64,000 nucleotides of DNA from an uncultured virus (IMG/VR IMGVR_UViG_3300021256_000067) (IMGVR_UViG_3300021256_000067); one strand, 5' to 3'; counted from the first letter of the stretch, positions 1 to 10,375 are shown. The notes: generated from the letters alone by a model not told the origin. A program made the numbers and translations.

Positions 1-920
1 GGTTTAACAGTACAGTAGGCAATGAATGCTATAGAATTTATACAGCCTCTTCTGAACAGGCGGATATAGGAACGTCTGCTTCAAATAATCCCGAAGCCTG
101 GATATTATCATGTGTAATTAATCCATGTATTGGAGATAAAAAATTCGCAAATACAGGCGCGGAAGCTGTATTATTAGATGATAAGCATAATACCCAATTC
201 CCCGGTACTTTAACTTGTAATAAATTGGTAACCTCTGATTTTAGTTTAAACGGTAATGGAAAAAAATTCATATTGAATAATGGAGCAAGTGGTGCTTCTA
301 TTCCTCTAAGAACAAAAATAACCTGTGGAAATACTTATATATCAAAAGAAAATGCACAGTTAGATCCAAGCGAAGAATATTATGTAAGCAATATACCCAT
401 TCCAAGCTGTAGTTCAACTTTAACAGTATATGTATTTGAAGTAGTAGAAAATACGACAGGCAATAATTATGTATATTGTAAGACACAAGTGCCTAATCAT
501 GATAATTATGATATATATAAATTTAAATTTGACACTAAATTTGGAATTAATATTTTACATGTTGATATTACCTATCGTGGAGCGGCAGGAACAAAAATAT
601 ATGGATTCCGAGGAATAAACAGTTATTCAAATGGACGTTTTTATGAATTTAGATACAATGCGGCATATTCCAATTCTCCTATCTCTGATTGGATAACCAG
701 TTTATGGGGAAATGGTAATATTTTCAATAATCCAAATATAATTATAAATCAATCTGTAATATCTACTTCTGCGGGTGGTGGCGATGTCAGCGATGATGAC
801 GCTCAATTTGGAGTTGTATATTCTTATAATCCAAGTACTGCTACCTTTGGTATAGAAAGATGGAGAAATTTTGCTAATCTTGATGCTACTCAAGCACATA
901 TAGATTTTATTTGGATATAA
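1..920 (+). CDS. C-terminal part of a putative virion/structural protein (5' truncated by window)
   Basis: The frame of ORF 225..920 is open back to position 3; N/S/T/Y/G-rich composition like the large + strand genes at the other end. Confidence 0.6.
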   Translation, partial: FNSTVGNECYRIYTASSEQADIGTSASNNPEAWILSCVINPCIGDKKFANTGAEAVLLDDKHNTQFPGTLTCNKLVTSDFSLNGNGKKFILNNGASGASIPLRTKITCGNTYISKENAQLDPSEEYYVSNIPIPSCSSTLTVYVFEVVENTTGNNYVYCKTQVPNHDNYDIYKFKFDTKFGINILHVDITYRGAAGTKIYGFRGINSYSNGRFYEFRYNAAYSNSPISDWITSLWGNGNIFNNPNIIINQSVISTSAGGGDVSDDDAQFGVVYSYNPSTATFGIERWRNFANLDATQAHIDFIWI

Positions 921-982
921 TAAACTAATTTAATATCAAACAGTTAAATGATTATAAAGGATTTTATAATCATTTTTCTTTT

Positions 983-1393
983 ATGGATACAAAAGATAAA
1001 AAGAAATTAATATTAAAATTAAGTAAAGAAAATAATATAAGCGTATTATCCGCTCAGAAATTATTAGCAAAAAATGATTGGGATTATCAAAGATGTATTA
1101 TAGAATCATCAAAAAGCCCAGAATCTCAATCTAAGGAGATTAATCCTAAAAATAATAAAGTTACTAAGGAAAGAAAAAAATGTCCCCAGAAGTCAAATAA
1201 TGAAGAAATAGAGTTTATTAATGGCAGACCTGTTACAAATGATATTCATTTTGATTGGGAATTATATTTAAAGAATTGTGAAGAATATTCTAAGCACCCA
1301 GAAAAAGTTCCAGAAGTAACACAGATAGGAGAGGGGTATTGGACAATGCAGGAAATTGTTAAATATAAGAATTCATCAATGAAACAGAAATAA
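983..1393 (+). CDS. hypothetical protein, possible N-terminal EF-Ts/UBA-like helical domain
   Basis: N-terminus KKLILKLSKENNISVLSAQKLLAKNDWDYQRCI loosely resembles the EF-Ts N-terminal UBA-like pattern. Confidence 0.45.
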   Translation: MDTKDKKKLILKLSKENNISVLSAQKLLAKNDWDYQRCIIESSKSPESQSKEINPKNNKVTKERKKCPQKSNNEEIEFINGRPVTNDIHFDWELYLKNCEEYSKHPEKVPEVTQIGEGYWTMQEIVKYKNSSMKQK

Positions 1394-1420
1394 ATAATAA
1401 AAATTAAAGATTAGATAATA

Positions 1421-1738
1421 ATGGGTTATACACATATGATGGTCCGTAATGTTATTCTCGGACAAAAATCGAAAAAGACAAATGGCAAAAATACAATAAA
1501 GGAAAATGATCCTGATAATATTTTTGCGTGCCCAGTAACAAATGGTGATACAGAAGTTCCAGCCAAAGAAGAAGCAGAAAAAGTTATTGAAGAAATAAAA
1601 GAAGAAAAGGCCGCTAAAGAAGAAGCGGAAGAATCTTCAATGATCGCTGGCAATAATATAGTGGATATAGAACCGGAAGAAACACCAGTTACTGAAGAAA
1701 TTAAACCTAAAAAAAGAGGAAGAAAAACAAACAGGTAA
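1421..1738 (+). CDS. Glu/Lys-rich hypothetical protein with basic C-terminal KKRGRK
   Basis: 105-aa ORF collinear with neighbours, followed by a hairpin. Confidence 0.7.
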   Translation: MGYTHMMVRNVILGQKSKKTNGKNTIKENDPDNIFACPVTNGDTEVPAKEEAEKVIEEIKEEKAAKEEAEESSMIAGNNIVDIEPEETPVTEEIKPKKRGRKTNR

Positions 1739-1776
1739 TTTTTCCATAGGTAATTTTTTATATTTTTATTTTTAAC

Positions 1777-1800
1777 GGGCTAAGAAATTTCTTAGCCCTT
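1777..1800 (+). terminator. intrinsic terminator-like hairpin
   Basis: GGGCTAAGAA-AT-TTCTTAGCCC inverted repeat followed by TT. Confidence 0.55.
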
Positions 1801-1836
1801 ATTCATTTATAAATATTAAAATAAACCTTTTAATTT

Positions 1837-2781
1837 ATGAGTATATTAAAACTAGGAAGCAAAGGCGACGAAGTAAAGAAATTGCAAGAAAAGTTAGGAT
1901 TAACCGCAGATGGCGCGTTTGGTCCTAAAACTGATGCTGCCGTTAAAGAATTTCAAAAGAAAAACAATTTAGAAGTTGACGGTATCGTGGGACCTAAGAC
2001 ATGGAATGAACTTAACAAAATAATTGATAAGCCAGTTTCATCAGGAGAGAACAAAGAAAAATATCCTAAAATGCAGAATCCTAAACAATACGTCCATATA
2101 ATCATAAATTATGGGCATTCAGAAAAAACCCCTGGAAAATGTTCTCCTTTATACTCTACATTAAGTAAAACTGATCAAAGATATTTCCAGCAATATCCAC
2201 AATTCGGTAAAGACAGATACTATGAATGGATGTCTAATAGAGTCATAGGAAAACAAATTACAGCATCTCTTAAAGAAAGAGGATGGATGGTTGATGAAAT
2301 TATGCAGGTAAGCGGAAATGGTTTGACTGAAATTAATACGGCGACTAAAAAATATGTTAAAGAATATGGTTCTTCAAACTGCATTTTTATAAGTATCCAT
2401 AGCAATGCCGCTCCAGCAAAAGACAATGGCTGGGCAAATGCCAAAGGATGGTGCATCTATACAACTAAAGGACAAGATAAATCCGATAAATTAGCAGATT
2501 GTATTTATACATATGCAGATGAATACTTTGTAAAAGAGGATGGTAGAAATATCAGAAAAAATACGACTGACGGAGATCCTGATCAGGAATCTAATTTTTC
2601 TGTTATCTGGAACGCTAAACAGCTTGGTATTCCCGGTGTGCTCACAGAGAATTTCTTCTTTAATGATATAGATGATCTTAAATATCTTGTATCAGAAAAA
2701 GGACAGAATTCAATAGTAAGAACACATGTAATGGGAATTGAAGATTATATATATAAATATATGGTTAGAACAATGAAATAA
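1837..2781 (+). CDS. endolysin: peptidoglycan-binding domain + N-acetylmuramoyl-L-alanine amidase (Amidase_3-like)
   Basis: LKLGSKGDEVKKLQ...DGAFGPKT...FQKKNNLEVDGIVGPKTW (PG_binding_1); amidase Zn motifs NYGH, E, SIHSNA, LTEN. Confidence 0.9.
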   Translation: MSILKLGSKGDEVKKLQEKLGLTADGAFGPKTDAAVKEFQKKNNLEVDGIVGPKTWNELNKIIDKPVSSGENKEKYPKMQNPKQYVHIIINYGHSEKTPGKCSPLYSTLSKTDQRYFQQYPQFGKDRYYEWMSNRVIGKQITASLKERGWMVDEIMQVSGNGLTEINTATKKYVKEYGSSNCIFISIHSNAAPAKDNGWANAKGWCIYTTKGQDKSDKLADCIYTYADEYFVKEDGRNIRKNTTDGDPDQESNFSVIWNAKQLGIPGVLTENFFFNDIDDLKYLVSEKGQNSIVRTHVMGIEDYIYKYMVRTMK

Positions 2782-2790
2782 TAAAAAATT

Positions 2791-2823
2791 AAAATGGAGG
2801 TTAATCAGTTAACCTCCATTTTT
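2791..2823. terminator. bidirectional intrinsic terminator between convergent genes
   Basis: AAAATGGAGGTTAA-TCAG-TTAACCTCCATTTT perfect inverted repeat with A/T tails. Confidence 0.85.
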
Positions 2824-3119
2824 TAATCTGCATCTGAAATAAATTTTCCGCGGACGATAAAATTAAATATCCTAATAAGATTATCAAAATATTCTTTTTC
2901 TTCTTTTTCTAAATCCCATGGCCTCATACCGGTTGATCGTACATCAAACTCGTTATCTTTTTTGTCTGTATCGATAAAAGCTATAGTATAACAATAATCG
3001 CCCCGATCGCTTTTCACCCATTTAACGATTTCATATTTATATTTAGAAAAATCTTCATAAACTTTTCTAAGTTCCAAATTTTTTATTTTTATATTTATAT
3101 CTTCTATCATAATATTCAA
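2823..3119 (-). CDS. hypothetical protein
   Basis: 98-aa ORF overlapping the next ORF by 4 nt. Confidence 0.7.
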   Translation of the reverse strand: MNIMIEDINIKIKNLELRKVYEDFSKYKYEIVKWVKSDRGDYCYTIAFIDTDKKDNEFDVRSTGMRPWDLEKEEKEYFDNLIRIFNFIVRGKFISDAD

Positions 3120-3319
3120 TCATCTAAGTCATTAAAAGTATCAAACCAGCATTTAGGACAGATACCTGTCATTAATAATTCCCTCTCATCAGAAGAAAGA
3201 TATGGAAAACAATCTTGAATTAATCCGCCATTCTGCCATTTGTCAAAATCTTCTGAATTGACTTTAATAATATTTTTTTCGCCGCAAAATGGGCATACAG
3301 TTATAATTTCTTTATCCAT
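3116..3319 (-). CDS. small Zn-ribbon-like phage protein
   Basis: CPFCG...IQDCFPYLS.DERELLMTGICPKCW, two CxxC pairs. Confidence 0.75.
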   Translation of the reverse strand: MDKEIITVCPFCGEKNIIKVNSEDFDKWQNGGLIQDCFPYLSSDERELLMTGICPKCWFDTFNDLDD

Positions 3320-3321
3320 AA

Positions 3322-3693
3322 TTATTCATTCATATATTGTTTGCACCATTCTCCGAATTGTCTCGCTTTCCTTTCAATGAATTCTATAGAATGTTCAGGA
3401 AAATGAACATGAAGATCTATACGTTCATCTATATCCCTTGAGAACATTATTATAGGTTCAAATGAATAATAAGAATCTCCCGGCACTCTATCAGCATATT
3501 TCTCAAAATTATATACTTTAAGAATTACCTGGTTGATAGGCCGTCTATCTCCATGTTTATCATCCGCATATTCTATAACTTTATAAAACTCATGTGTACC
3601 ATCGGAATTTATGGTTTCATCATCTTTAAAGTTTTTAGAATATCCCTTATCCTTTAATTCTTTAAGTTTAATTAAAAATTCATTCTTGTTCAT
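3322..3693 (-). CDS. hypothetical protein
   Basis: 123-aa ORF in the co-oriented block. Confidence 0.7.
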   Translation of the reverse strand: MNKNEFLIKLKELKDKGYSKNFKDDETINSDGTHEFYKVIEYADDKHGDRRPINQVILKVYNFEKYADRVPGDSYYSFEPIIMFSRDIDERIDLHVHFPEHSIEFIERKARQFGEWCKQYMNE

Positions 3694-3968
3694 TTTTTGG
3701 AATTTCTTTTAATACTATTTTCAGATTTACCGTTTACATCAATATCTACTGTAAATTTTAACTTATCAATCTTAGTAAACTTCACGCCATTCTTATAAGC
3801 GATACTTACGGGACTATCACCAAGCTGAGCAACATTCTTAATTAGAAATTCTATTAATTCACATGCAGTCATTTCTTATTTTTCTTTGATTGTCTATATA
3901 TATCATATAAAGCGATTCCAAATATCACAGCAACTAATAATATACTGATTATAAAACTTGTCATGATT

Positions 3969-4373
3969 TTATTTTCTTACAACATTATATACCCATCCAA
4001 CATCATTAAAATCTACATAAAGCTGTGATGTGCCGTCCCTAGCAATACGAAGACGAATCATTCCTTTATCATAATCCTGATCAAGAACATAATATCCCTG
4101 CTGCTTACCGCCTTCGGCATCAGTATATGTTCCGGCGTTTTCATAAATGCCATAAATCTGCGTCTTATTACTGTAGATTATAATAAAATCATCATCCATC
4201 TTGAATTCAATGTCAACATTACATTTCTGAAAATTTGACCATCCCTGTGAATTATTGCGGTTATAATCAGTCTTATATTTGATTGCATAACTATACGCCC
4301 TGAACCAAATACTGTTAGCGCTTGCAGTAAAACCAATTACAGCCATTACGATAAGCAATAAAATTTTTTTCAT
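3969..4373 (-). CDS. secreted protein (signal peptide)
   Basis: MKKILLLIVMAVIGFTASA, classic Sec signal with AxA site. Confidence 0.8.
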   Translation of the reverse strand: MKKILLLIVMAVIGFTASANSIWFRAYSYAIKYKTDYNRNNSQGWSNFQKCNVDIEFKMDDDFIIIYSNKTQIYGIYENAGTYTDAEGGKQQGYYVLDQDYDKGMIRLRIARDGTSQLYVDFNDVGWVYNVVRK

Positions 4374-4424
4374 ACTTTTAAATTTAATAATTATATTAAT
4401 TAATATATTTTCTTATCTGAAAGT

Positions 4425-4691
4425 TTAATTTTTTAAAAAGCTTTCCTTATATTTTTCAAGCAACGGAGTAAAACTCACAGATACAGTACCATCTGCTATT
4501 ATAGAGAGATTTTCTTCAATGTTCTCTTCAAGCCACTTATAAATTTCTTGTGCAGCATAATCATATCCTTTTTCTAATCCCTCATATACACTATCCTCAA
4601 TCTCTATAAGATATACAGGATCATCTACTCCGCAGCTCTCTCTATACCTACGGTATTTAGTAGCTTCATTATATTTCTGTTTTTCAGTCAT
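4425..4691 (-). CDS. hypothetical protein
   Basis: 88-aa ORF in the block. Confidence 0.65.
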   Translation of the reverse strand: MTEKQKYNEATKYRRYRESCGVDDPVYLIEIEDSVYEGLEKGYDYAAQEIYKWLEENIEENLSIIADGTVSVSFTPLLEKYKESFLKN

Positions 4692-4703
4692 AATATTTTA
4701 TAA

Positions 4704-5207
4704 TTAATGTTCATATTCTCTTAATATATATAACCACTTAGTAATTAAATCTTTAGTATTTGGATGAATGAACTTAGAGTCTTTACAGTCATTCCACCAT
4801 TTTATTTCATCATCTACTGTGAATGACTTTCCATTGTTCTTAGCATATGTCCTGCCAGCAGCTATCCAATCTGCCACCATCTCCAGCACATATTTCTCGG
4901 GAATCTCTATATAAGTAGTCCCACTATCATAATTGTCTGTCCAGTATTCATAATGATGCGGGTTATGTCCTTTATGATGCTGCCACGCCTTGCTATACCC
5001 GTTCTTCTCCTTTATGACAGGAATAGGCGACTTAGTTCCTCCTTGATAATATTTGACAGATTCCGAAAACTCAGTCCATGAGAACTTAGATAAGTCATGA
5101 GTGATTCCTTGCCAAGGTATTCCAAGTTTACAGCAATAATAGAATACCCAGTATTTATGAATTAGAACGGTCTTGAGTTGACCGAAAATTGATTTAATTA
5201 ATTTCAT
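4704..5207 (-). CDS. His-rich HD-like protein (DUF5662-like)
   Basis: HKYWV...HDLSKFSWTEF...AWQHHKGHNPHHYEYW...EMVADW. Confidence 0.75.
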   Translation of the reverse strand: MKLIKSIFGQLKTVLIHKYWVFYYCCKLGIPWQGITHDLSKFSWTEFSESVKYYQGGTKSPIPVIKEKNGYSKAWQHHKGHNPHHYEYWTDNYDSGTTYIEIPEKYVLEMVADWIAAGRTYAKNNGKSFTVDDEIKWWNDCKDSKFIHPNTKDLITKWLYILREYEH

Positions 5208-5764
5208 AAATTATAAAATTTAAACCATAAATTTATAAATTTTTCTCTTGTTTTATCAGATATATTATCATGAGGAATAAAATATATTTTAACCTTATTA
5301 AAATATTCATTATCTGATTTTGCAATAATTTCTAAAGGGTTCTTTTTGACTTTTTCAATTAAATCTTCTTCACAAATTATATAAACTCTATCTTGCAAGA
5401 AAAATAATTCAAATAATACATCTATATTAATTTTACAAAATTGTATTGATATAGTTCTATCTATAGAATTTTTATATTTTAAATTTTTTAAACTATCTTT
5501 AAGTGATATAATTTCTTTATTTAATATATTTTCAGCTGTATTACTTTCAGCATGTATCTTATAATTTTTACAATTATTTTCAAATTGTATTAATGATACT
5601 TTACCCTGATATTTAATATCTATATTTTCAGTTTTATAATAGCCTTCTGTATTTTTATATGAATCAGTTTTAACTACTTCAAATGCATAATATTTTTTTT
5701 GTTCTTTTTCTGGTGTACAACTTATTAATAAAATAAGTAAGTAAAATAGTAAATTTTTTTTCAT
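5204..5764 (-). CDS. putative lipoprotein
   Basis: MKKNLLFYLLILLISC lipobox-like N-terminus. Confidence 0.6.
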   Translation of the reverse strand: MKKNLLFYLLILLISCTPEKEQKKYYAFEVVKTDSYKNTEGYYKTENIDIKYQGKVSLIQFENNCKNYKIHAESNTAENILNKEIISLKDSLKNLKYKNSIDRTISIQFCKINIDVLFELFFLQDRVYIICEEDLIEKVKKNPLEIIAKSDNEYFNKVKIYFIPHDNISDKTREKFINLWFKFYNL

Positions 5765-5849
5765 ATAATATTTAATTTTTAAAAGTTATGGATCTTGTTT
5801 TACTCAAAATAAATTTTCACCGAGTTTATTCAAAACATACAAGTCCCAA

Positions 5850-6425
5850 TTAATGATCCCATTTTAAAACTTCATCAGTTGAGAAAGTAAACACAACATT
5901 ACCGTTGTTATACACAGGTACTTGAATTCTGATTTTCTTTGCATTTTTAGATTTTACAATAAACTTTTTACTGTTCCCAAGAAATAACGTCTCGGAAGAC
6001 ATATCCATAGGTTCATTTGTGTAATATCTTTCTGCTGGACCATTATCAAAACGAACAGTTACATAATTAGTGCCGTCATAGTCATTACACAATAATTGCC
6101 CTTGTGAAATACGAAATATTACATCTGTACCGTACTTAGGATGTTTACGAACGGAAAGTTTTGCGTTTGTGCCGCCTTCATAGGGAAAGTCAAAGTATGC
6201 TATATTATCACTAATTAATTCCGCAAAATAAATTGGTTTGTCACTCATTTCATCGGTGATAGTATCATAACACCACCCATTGTCTTCTGTCACCGATGTT
6301 GTTGAAATACTATCAATAACTGTTGTAGAATCACTAGTTGACTTAATATTACTAATACCGTTACAAGATGTTACAAAAAACATAGCAATAATAAAACCAA
6401 CTAAAACATTTAAAATTTTCTTCAT
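5850..6425 (-). CDS. putative lipoprotein (start likely at MKKILN)
   Basis: MKKILNVLVGFIIAMFFVTSC lipobox, S/T-rich linker, globular domain (FDFPYEGG...RKHPKYGTDV). Confidence 0.7.
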   Translation of the reverse strand: MKKILNVLVGFIIAMFFVTSCNGISNIKSTSDSTTVIDSISTTSVTEDNGWCYDTITDEMSDKPIYFAELISDNIAYFDFPYEGGTNAKLSVRKHPKYGTDVIFRISQGQLLCNDYDGTNYVTVRFDNGPAERYYTNEPMDMSSETLFLGNSKKFIVKSKNAKKIRIQVPVYNNGNVVFTFSTDEVLKWDH

Positions 6426-6462
6426 AATTCTTAATTTTTTATTAATTAAATATTTTATATAA

Positions 6463-7059
6463 TTAAATCTCGAATTTGTCAATGGCATATTCATTAATAA
6501 ATTCATTTGTCAAGACAATACCTGGATTTTTCCTGTAATACTTAATACAGTTTCCATATTTGTCTTTAACCTTTGGATTTACTTTTGCCGTGCCGGTTGA
6601 GTAGAATTCTATTCCGCCGTGTAAATCCATAATCTCTTTAATGATATCCATTATTTTATTCTTGGGAAATACATATCCACAGATTTTCCTTTTGTCATTA
6701 AAGTCTTTCTCAATTTCTGTAAACAACAAATAATTAATATCATAATCCTTATTGGTATTTCCGTAAATATCTGAAAGATCTGTTTCAAGCTCTACCCTGA
6801 AAGCGCCTTTATTATAAGACATTCTTCGGCAGATCTTGATATACGGTTCATTTGTATATCCTTCCGGTTTCCATTTATCTTTTAAATGGATATCACATAC
6901 AGTATTGAAATGACGCTTAAAACTTCCTGAGAACCTTGATCCGATTTTTACTCCGAGTGGAAGTTTCTGTAAATCTTCATAATACTTAAGAATTTCTTGC
7001 TGGAGCCACTGTTGAATTTCTGCCCAGTCTAGTGTTTCATACCATTGTAGTCTTGCCAT
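6463..7059 (-). CDS. hypothetical protein
   Basis: 198-aa ORF directly downstream of a TAnnTTTG promoter. Confidence 0.75.
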   Translation of the reverse strand: MARLQWYETLDWAEIQQWLQQEILKYYEDLQKLPLGVKIGSRFSGSFKRHFNTVCDIHLKDKWKPEGYTNEPYIKICRRMSYNKGAFRVELETDLSDIYGNTNKDYDINYLLFTEIEKDFNDKRKICGYVFPKNKIMDIIKEIMDLHGGIEFYSTGTAKVNPKVKDKYGNCIKYYRKNPGIVLTNEFINEYAIDKFEI

Positions 7060-7096
7060 AATTTAAAAATATTAAATGTTTATAAAAATCTTATAC

Positions 7097-7130
7097 TACA
7101 AAGATATATCAAATCTCCGAAATAAAAAAA
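7097..7130 (-). promoter_or_regulatory. Bacteroidota sigma-A type promoter (-7 TATCTTTG)
   Basis: Reverse complement of 7099-7106 is TATCTTTG (TAnnTTTG), intergenic, ~40 nt before ATG; the motif recurs at five more sites. Confidence 0.75.
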
Positions 7131-7176
7131 TTTCAGAGATTTATTTAGATTTATTTAGTATTATAAAATGTATATT

Positions 7177-7539
7177 TTACACAAAATAGTCATCCCATTT
7201 CTTATCCATCCAATAATCGATGTTTTCAATTAAACCGTTAATTGATTCCATCATTTCAGTTTCAGTCTTAAATGGTTCATGAGTTCTAAGAAGAAATCCA
7301 TAACATGGTGATACATCACTGCAGCAACATTCTATTCTCCATTTTCCATCTGAATAATTTCTATTGACACATCTATATAGTCTCCCAAGAACATTGAAAC
7401 TGAAGCAATTAAAAAATATCATATAAGGATCCTTATAATGCCCACAACAACTTTCAGTAGTTTCTACATATTCAAGTGAATTTAACTTATTACATAAGTC
7501 TATGCATTCTTTATCCATATATTCATCATAAGTATTCAT
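7177..7539 (-). CDS. hypothetical protein with TTESCCGH motif
   Basis: 120-aa ORF; motif recalls the TYW3-like TTxSCxG pattern. Confidence 0.65.
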   Translation of the reverse strand: MNTYDEYMDKECIDLCNKLNSLEYVETTESCCGHYKDPYMIFFNCFSFNVLGRLYRCVNRNYSDGKWRIECCCSDVSPCYGFLLRTHEPFKTETEMMESINGLIENIDYWMDKKWDDYFV

Positions 7540-7545
7540 AATCTA

Positions 7546-7986
7546 TTATTTTATATATTTTTCTTTATACAACTTCATTATCATTTCAACGCAAGCATCA
7601 ACTAAATTTTCATGACGTTCGCTTGATAGACATATCTCTGCCTTGTTCATACGCTTGAGTTTCATGCATATTTCTTTTGTGTATATTTCCACATAATAGT
7701 ATATTTTATGTCCATCAGTTATATTATGTATATCAGTTCCCAAAGGTAATGCTTCAATCAATGCTGCAAGTGACCAACAGGGGATGTCTTTTACCGTGTC
7801 TTGAGAATAGTTTATTTCTGATGGCTTAATGAAACTTATATAATAGAATGGTTCTTCATTAACTATGTATTGTCCGTCATATGTTACCTTTCCTTCATAC
7901 CGCTCTGCCCACCATGCGTCTGCACTCTCAACTGGCAATATTTCTGCCAGCTTTTGAGATTGTTCTAAATTTGTATAATTTTTCAT
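7546..7986 (-). CDS. paralogue family A protein (YTNLEQSQKL...PCWSLAAL)
   Basis: Shares N-terminal, central and C-terminal motifs with four other ORFs. Confidence 0.85.
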   Translation of the reverse strand: MKNYTNLEQSQKLAEILPVESADAWWAERYEGKVTYDGQYIVNEEPFYYISFIKPSEINYSQDTVKDIPCWSLAALIEALPLGTDIHNITDGHKIYYYVEIYTKEICMKLKRMNKAEICLSSERHENLVDACVEMIMKLYKEKYIK

Positions 7987-8372
7987 ATCAAATCTTTTTC
8001 TTTGAGTTGCAATATCATTTCAACAACAGCATCTATAGCACTATTTGCATGAGTTTCATCTATTGTAATCATAAACTCACCATCATCACTATATGTACAA
8101 TACCCATCACTATATGTACAATACCACTCACCATTATCGTAATAAAGGGTTTTGTGACAATCTCCTATATAACTTGGTAACACTTCCATTAATGCAGCAA
8201 GACTCCAAGCAGGCATTGCATGCTCTTCTAAATCATCTCTTCTTTCTATAACATTAGGTGTTTCATACCATTCCCAATCACCGTTAACAGTATAATAATA
8301 CATATCAGCACTATTAATTTGTAGTATCTCTGCCAACTTTTGGGATTGTTCTAAATTTGTATAACTTTTCAT
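7983..8372 (-). CDS. paralogue family A protein
   Basis: MKSYTNLEQSQKLAEIL...PAWSLAAL...DAVVEMILQL. Confidence 0.85.
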   Translation of the reverse strand: MKSYTNLEQSQKLAEILQINSADMYYYTVNGDWEWYETPNVIERRDDLEEHAMPAWSLAALMEVLPSYIGDCHKTLYYDNGEWYCTYSDGYCTYSDDGEFMITIDETHANSAIDAVVEMILQLKEKDLI

Positions 8373-8743
8373 AATAAATTTTTTTCTTTGAGTTTGTTAA
8401 TCATTTCAACACAAGCATCAACTAAAGACTTCCCTTCAGTTCTTATAAAATGTATAGGATGTAGCAATTTACCCTCCTCATCATCATAAAAGTTGACATC
8501 CATAAGATAACATATACCTGTGTAAGTTATTTCAGGGAAACAATCTTTCTTAGCAAGATAATCAATCAACGCAGCAAGTGACCAACAAGGGATGGCCGTA
8601 TTATCTGCAGTAACGAATCCATTATCAATATATTTAGACATCACAGGCTGAGTTCCATTTAATGCTAAGAACATATCAGCACTTTCAATTGGCAGTATCT
8701 CTGCCAACTTTTGGGATTGTTCTAAATTTGTATAACTTTTCAT
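8369..8743 (-). CDS. paralogue family A protein
   Basis: MKSYTNLEQSQKLAEIL...PCWSLAAL...DACVEMINKL. Confidence 0.85.
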   Translation of the reverse strand: MKSYTNLEQSQKLAEILPIESADMFLALNGTQPVMSKYIDNGFVTADNTAIPCWSLAALIDYLAKKDCFPEITYTGICYLMDVNFYDDEEGKLLHPIHFIRTEGKSLVDACVEMINKLKEKNLL

Positions 8744-9123
8744 AACAAATTTTTTTCTTTGAGTTGCAAAATCAAATTATAACATGCGTCTATTGGTTCA
8801 TCTGTATAATCTGAGTCATATCTGTAATTGTCGGTATAATGGCTTACAAACCATCCGCGCCAACCGTCTTCTTGTTCGTCCAACATTAACCTTGGTAATG
8901 AAAAAACTGAAAGTAGTGCGGCAAGTGTCCAACAAGGGAGTGTTATTTGTTGTCCTGAGCAATCATCATCAACTTTTACAACAGGTATTTTGTAATATTC
9001 TTCCTTATGTCTTCCTGTCTTTTCGTCTATCCAATGTTCGAGTAAATACTCCATATCAGCGCTCTCAGGTGGCAGTATCTCTGCCAACTTTTTGCTCTGA
9101 GTTATGTCAGTGTATGCTTTCAT
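8740..9123 (-). CDS. paralogue family A protein
   Basis: MKAYTDITQSKKLAEIL...PCWTLAAL...DACYNLILQL. Confidence 0.85.
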   Translation of the reverse strand: MKAYTDITQSKKLAEILPPESADMEYLLEHWIDEKTGRHKEEYYKIPVVKVDDDCSGQQITLPCWTLAALLSVFSLPRLMLDEQEDGWRGWFVSHYTDNYRYDSDYTDEPIDACYNLILQLKEKNLL

Positions 9124-9273
9124 AATTCAACAATTTCAATGTTTGCATCAATCCATTTAACTGCATCTTCTGCTTTCTTGCGAGTAGAAAACAAAGCCTT
9201 GTGCTTTTGACTGCTTGCCCAATAAGTTAACAAGTAATTGTCTGTGTCCTTATTTCGTAGGGCATAGACATGT

Positions 9274-9564
9274 TTATATTCTGTTCCTCTCATAATTTTT
9301 AATCAAGAATTTTAATTCTTGTCTCACTTCTTCTAACTCTTTCTCAAGTGTTTCAAGTCTGTTCAAAAGAGACTTGTCTATTGTTGGAGATGTTTCAACT
9401 TTCCATATATCCGTCCAAGTCGCATCATCATGTTTTGATAATAGTTTCATACGCAAATCATAACATTGTTTATCAATTCTTTTGTATTCTAAAAGAACTG
9501 GTAAGAGTATAATTAATGTTATTATAAACAATACTACCATTAATACTATTGTATCATCATTCAT
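9274..9564 (-). CDS. membrane-anchored coiled-coil protein
   Basis: N-terminal hydrophobic helix, C-terminal heptads. Confidence 0.65.
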   Translation of the reverse strand: MNDDTIVLMVVLFIITLIILLPVLLEYKRIDKQCYDLRMKLLSKHDDATWTDIWKVETSPTIDKSLLNRLETLEKELEEVRQELKFLIKNYERNRI

Positions 9565-9769
9565 AATTCAATCTTTTATAAGTTGATTAATCTTTTATAA
9601 GTTGGTTAATTTTATCGTTCAATTTTTTTATTTCTTCTTTAATGTCATCATGTTGTTTCTCGCCAATGTAACCAACTGCCCATATAACAACTATAAGCAA
9701 CAAAAATAATATAAGCAACAAAAATGTTATTAATTCAAGCATAATAAGAATAATAAAAATGTTATTTGT

Positions 9770-10120
9770 TCAATCATAGTAAGAATAATATTCTACTTTA
9801 TCTTTTTTCTCTCCATCAGTATGTTGACTGTCACCAATTAATTCGGTTATCTTAGCTTTTGCAGAATCAACATCTCTGAATCTAAGTGGTCCCATACATT
9901 CAGCATCATACCCACCCCAGATTTCATATGTTCTCCACATAAAATACCATTTATACTGTATATAATATTCTGGTGAACCTCGTTTAAATGTTACTTTTTT
10001 AATGCGCCATTTATATCTAGCAGATGGATATGTGTCTGGAGGAAAGATACATTTACAAATAAAGTAAAAAAAACCAGTACCTAAAAGTAAATATAATATA
10101 ATTATTATTTCGTCAGTCAT
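9770..10120 (-). CDS. membrane-anchored protein, family D (RIK...YYIQYK..W)
   Basis: N-terminal TM; motif shared with 19548 and 20421 ORFs. Confidence 0.7.
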   Translation of the reverse strand: MTDEIIIILYLLLGTGFFYFICKCIFPPDTYPSARYKWRIKKVTFKRGSPEYYIQYKWYFMWRTYEIWGGYDAECMGPLRFRDVDSAKAKITELIGDSQHTDGEKKDKVEYYSYYD

Positions 10121-10132
10121 AATCTTAAAAAA

Positions 10133-10360
10133 TTAGTTATTAAACAAATATGTTCTTACAAATGGCTCCATACCTATTAGAAATAATGCAAATACTATGA
10201 ATACATACCATCCCCATTTGATTCGTGAGGACAACTTATCATCTCCTGCTAAACAATCCAAAGTATTTATACCAAGCACAACAAACAATATTAATTCTAT
10301 TGTGCTAATTAGCGGATAAACTACACCTAAAATTTTAATCCAATATTCTGAAGCTGTCAT
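10133..10360 (-). CDS. small two-TM membrane protein
   Basis: Two hydrophobic segments; DNA-level duplicate at 29820-29990. Confidence 0.7.
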   Translation of the reverse strand: MTASEYWIKILGVVYPLISTIELILFVVLGINTLDCLAGDDKLSSRIKWGWYVFIVFALFLIGMEPFVRTYLFNN

Positions 10361-10375
10361 AATCTATTATATAAT

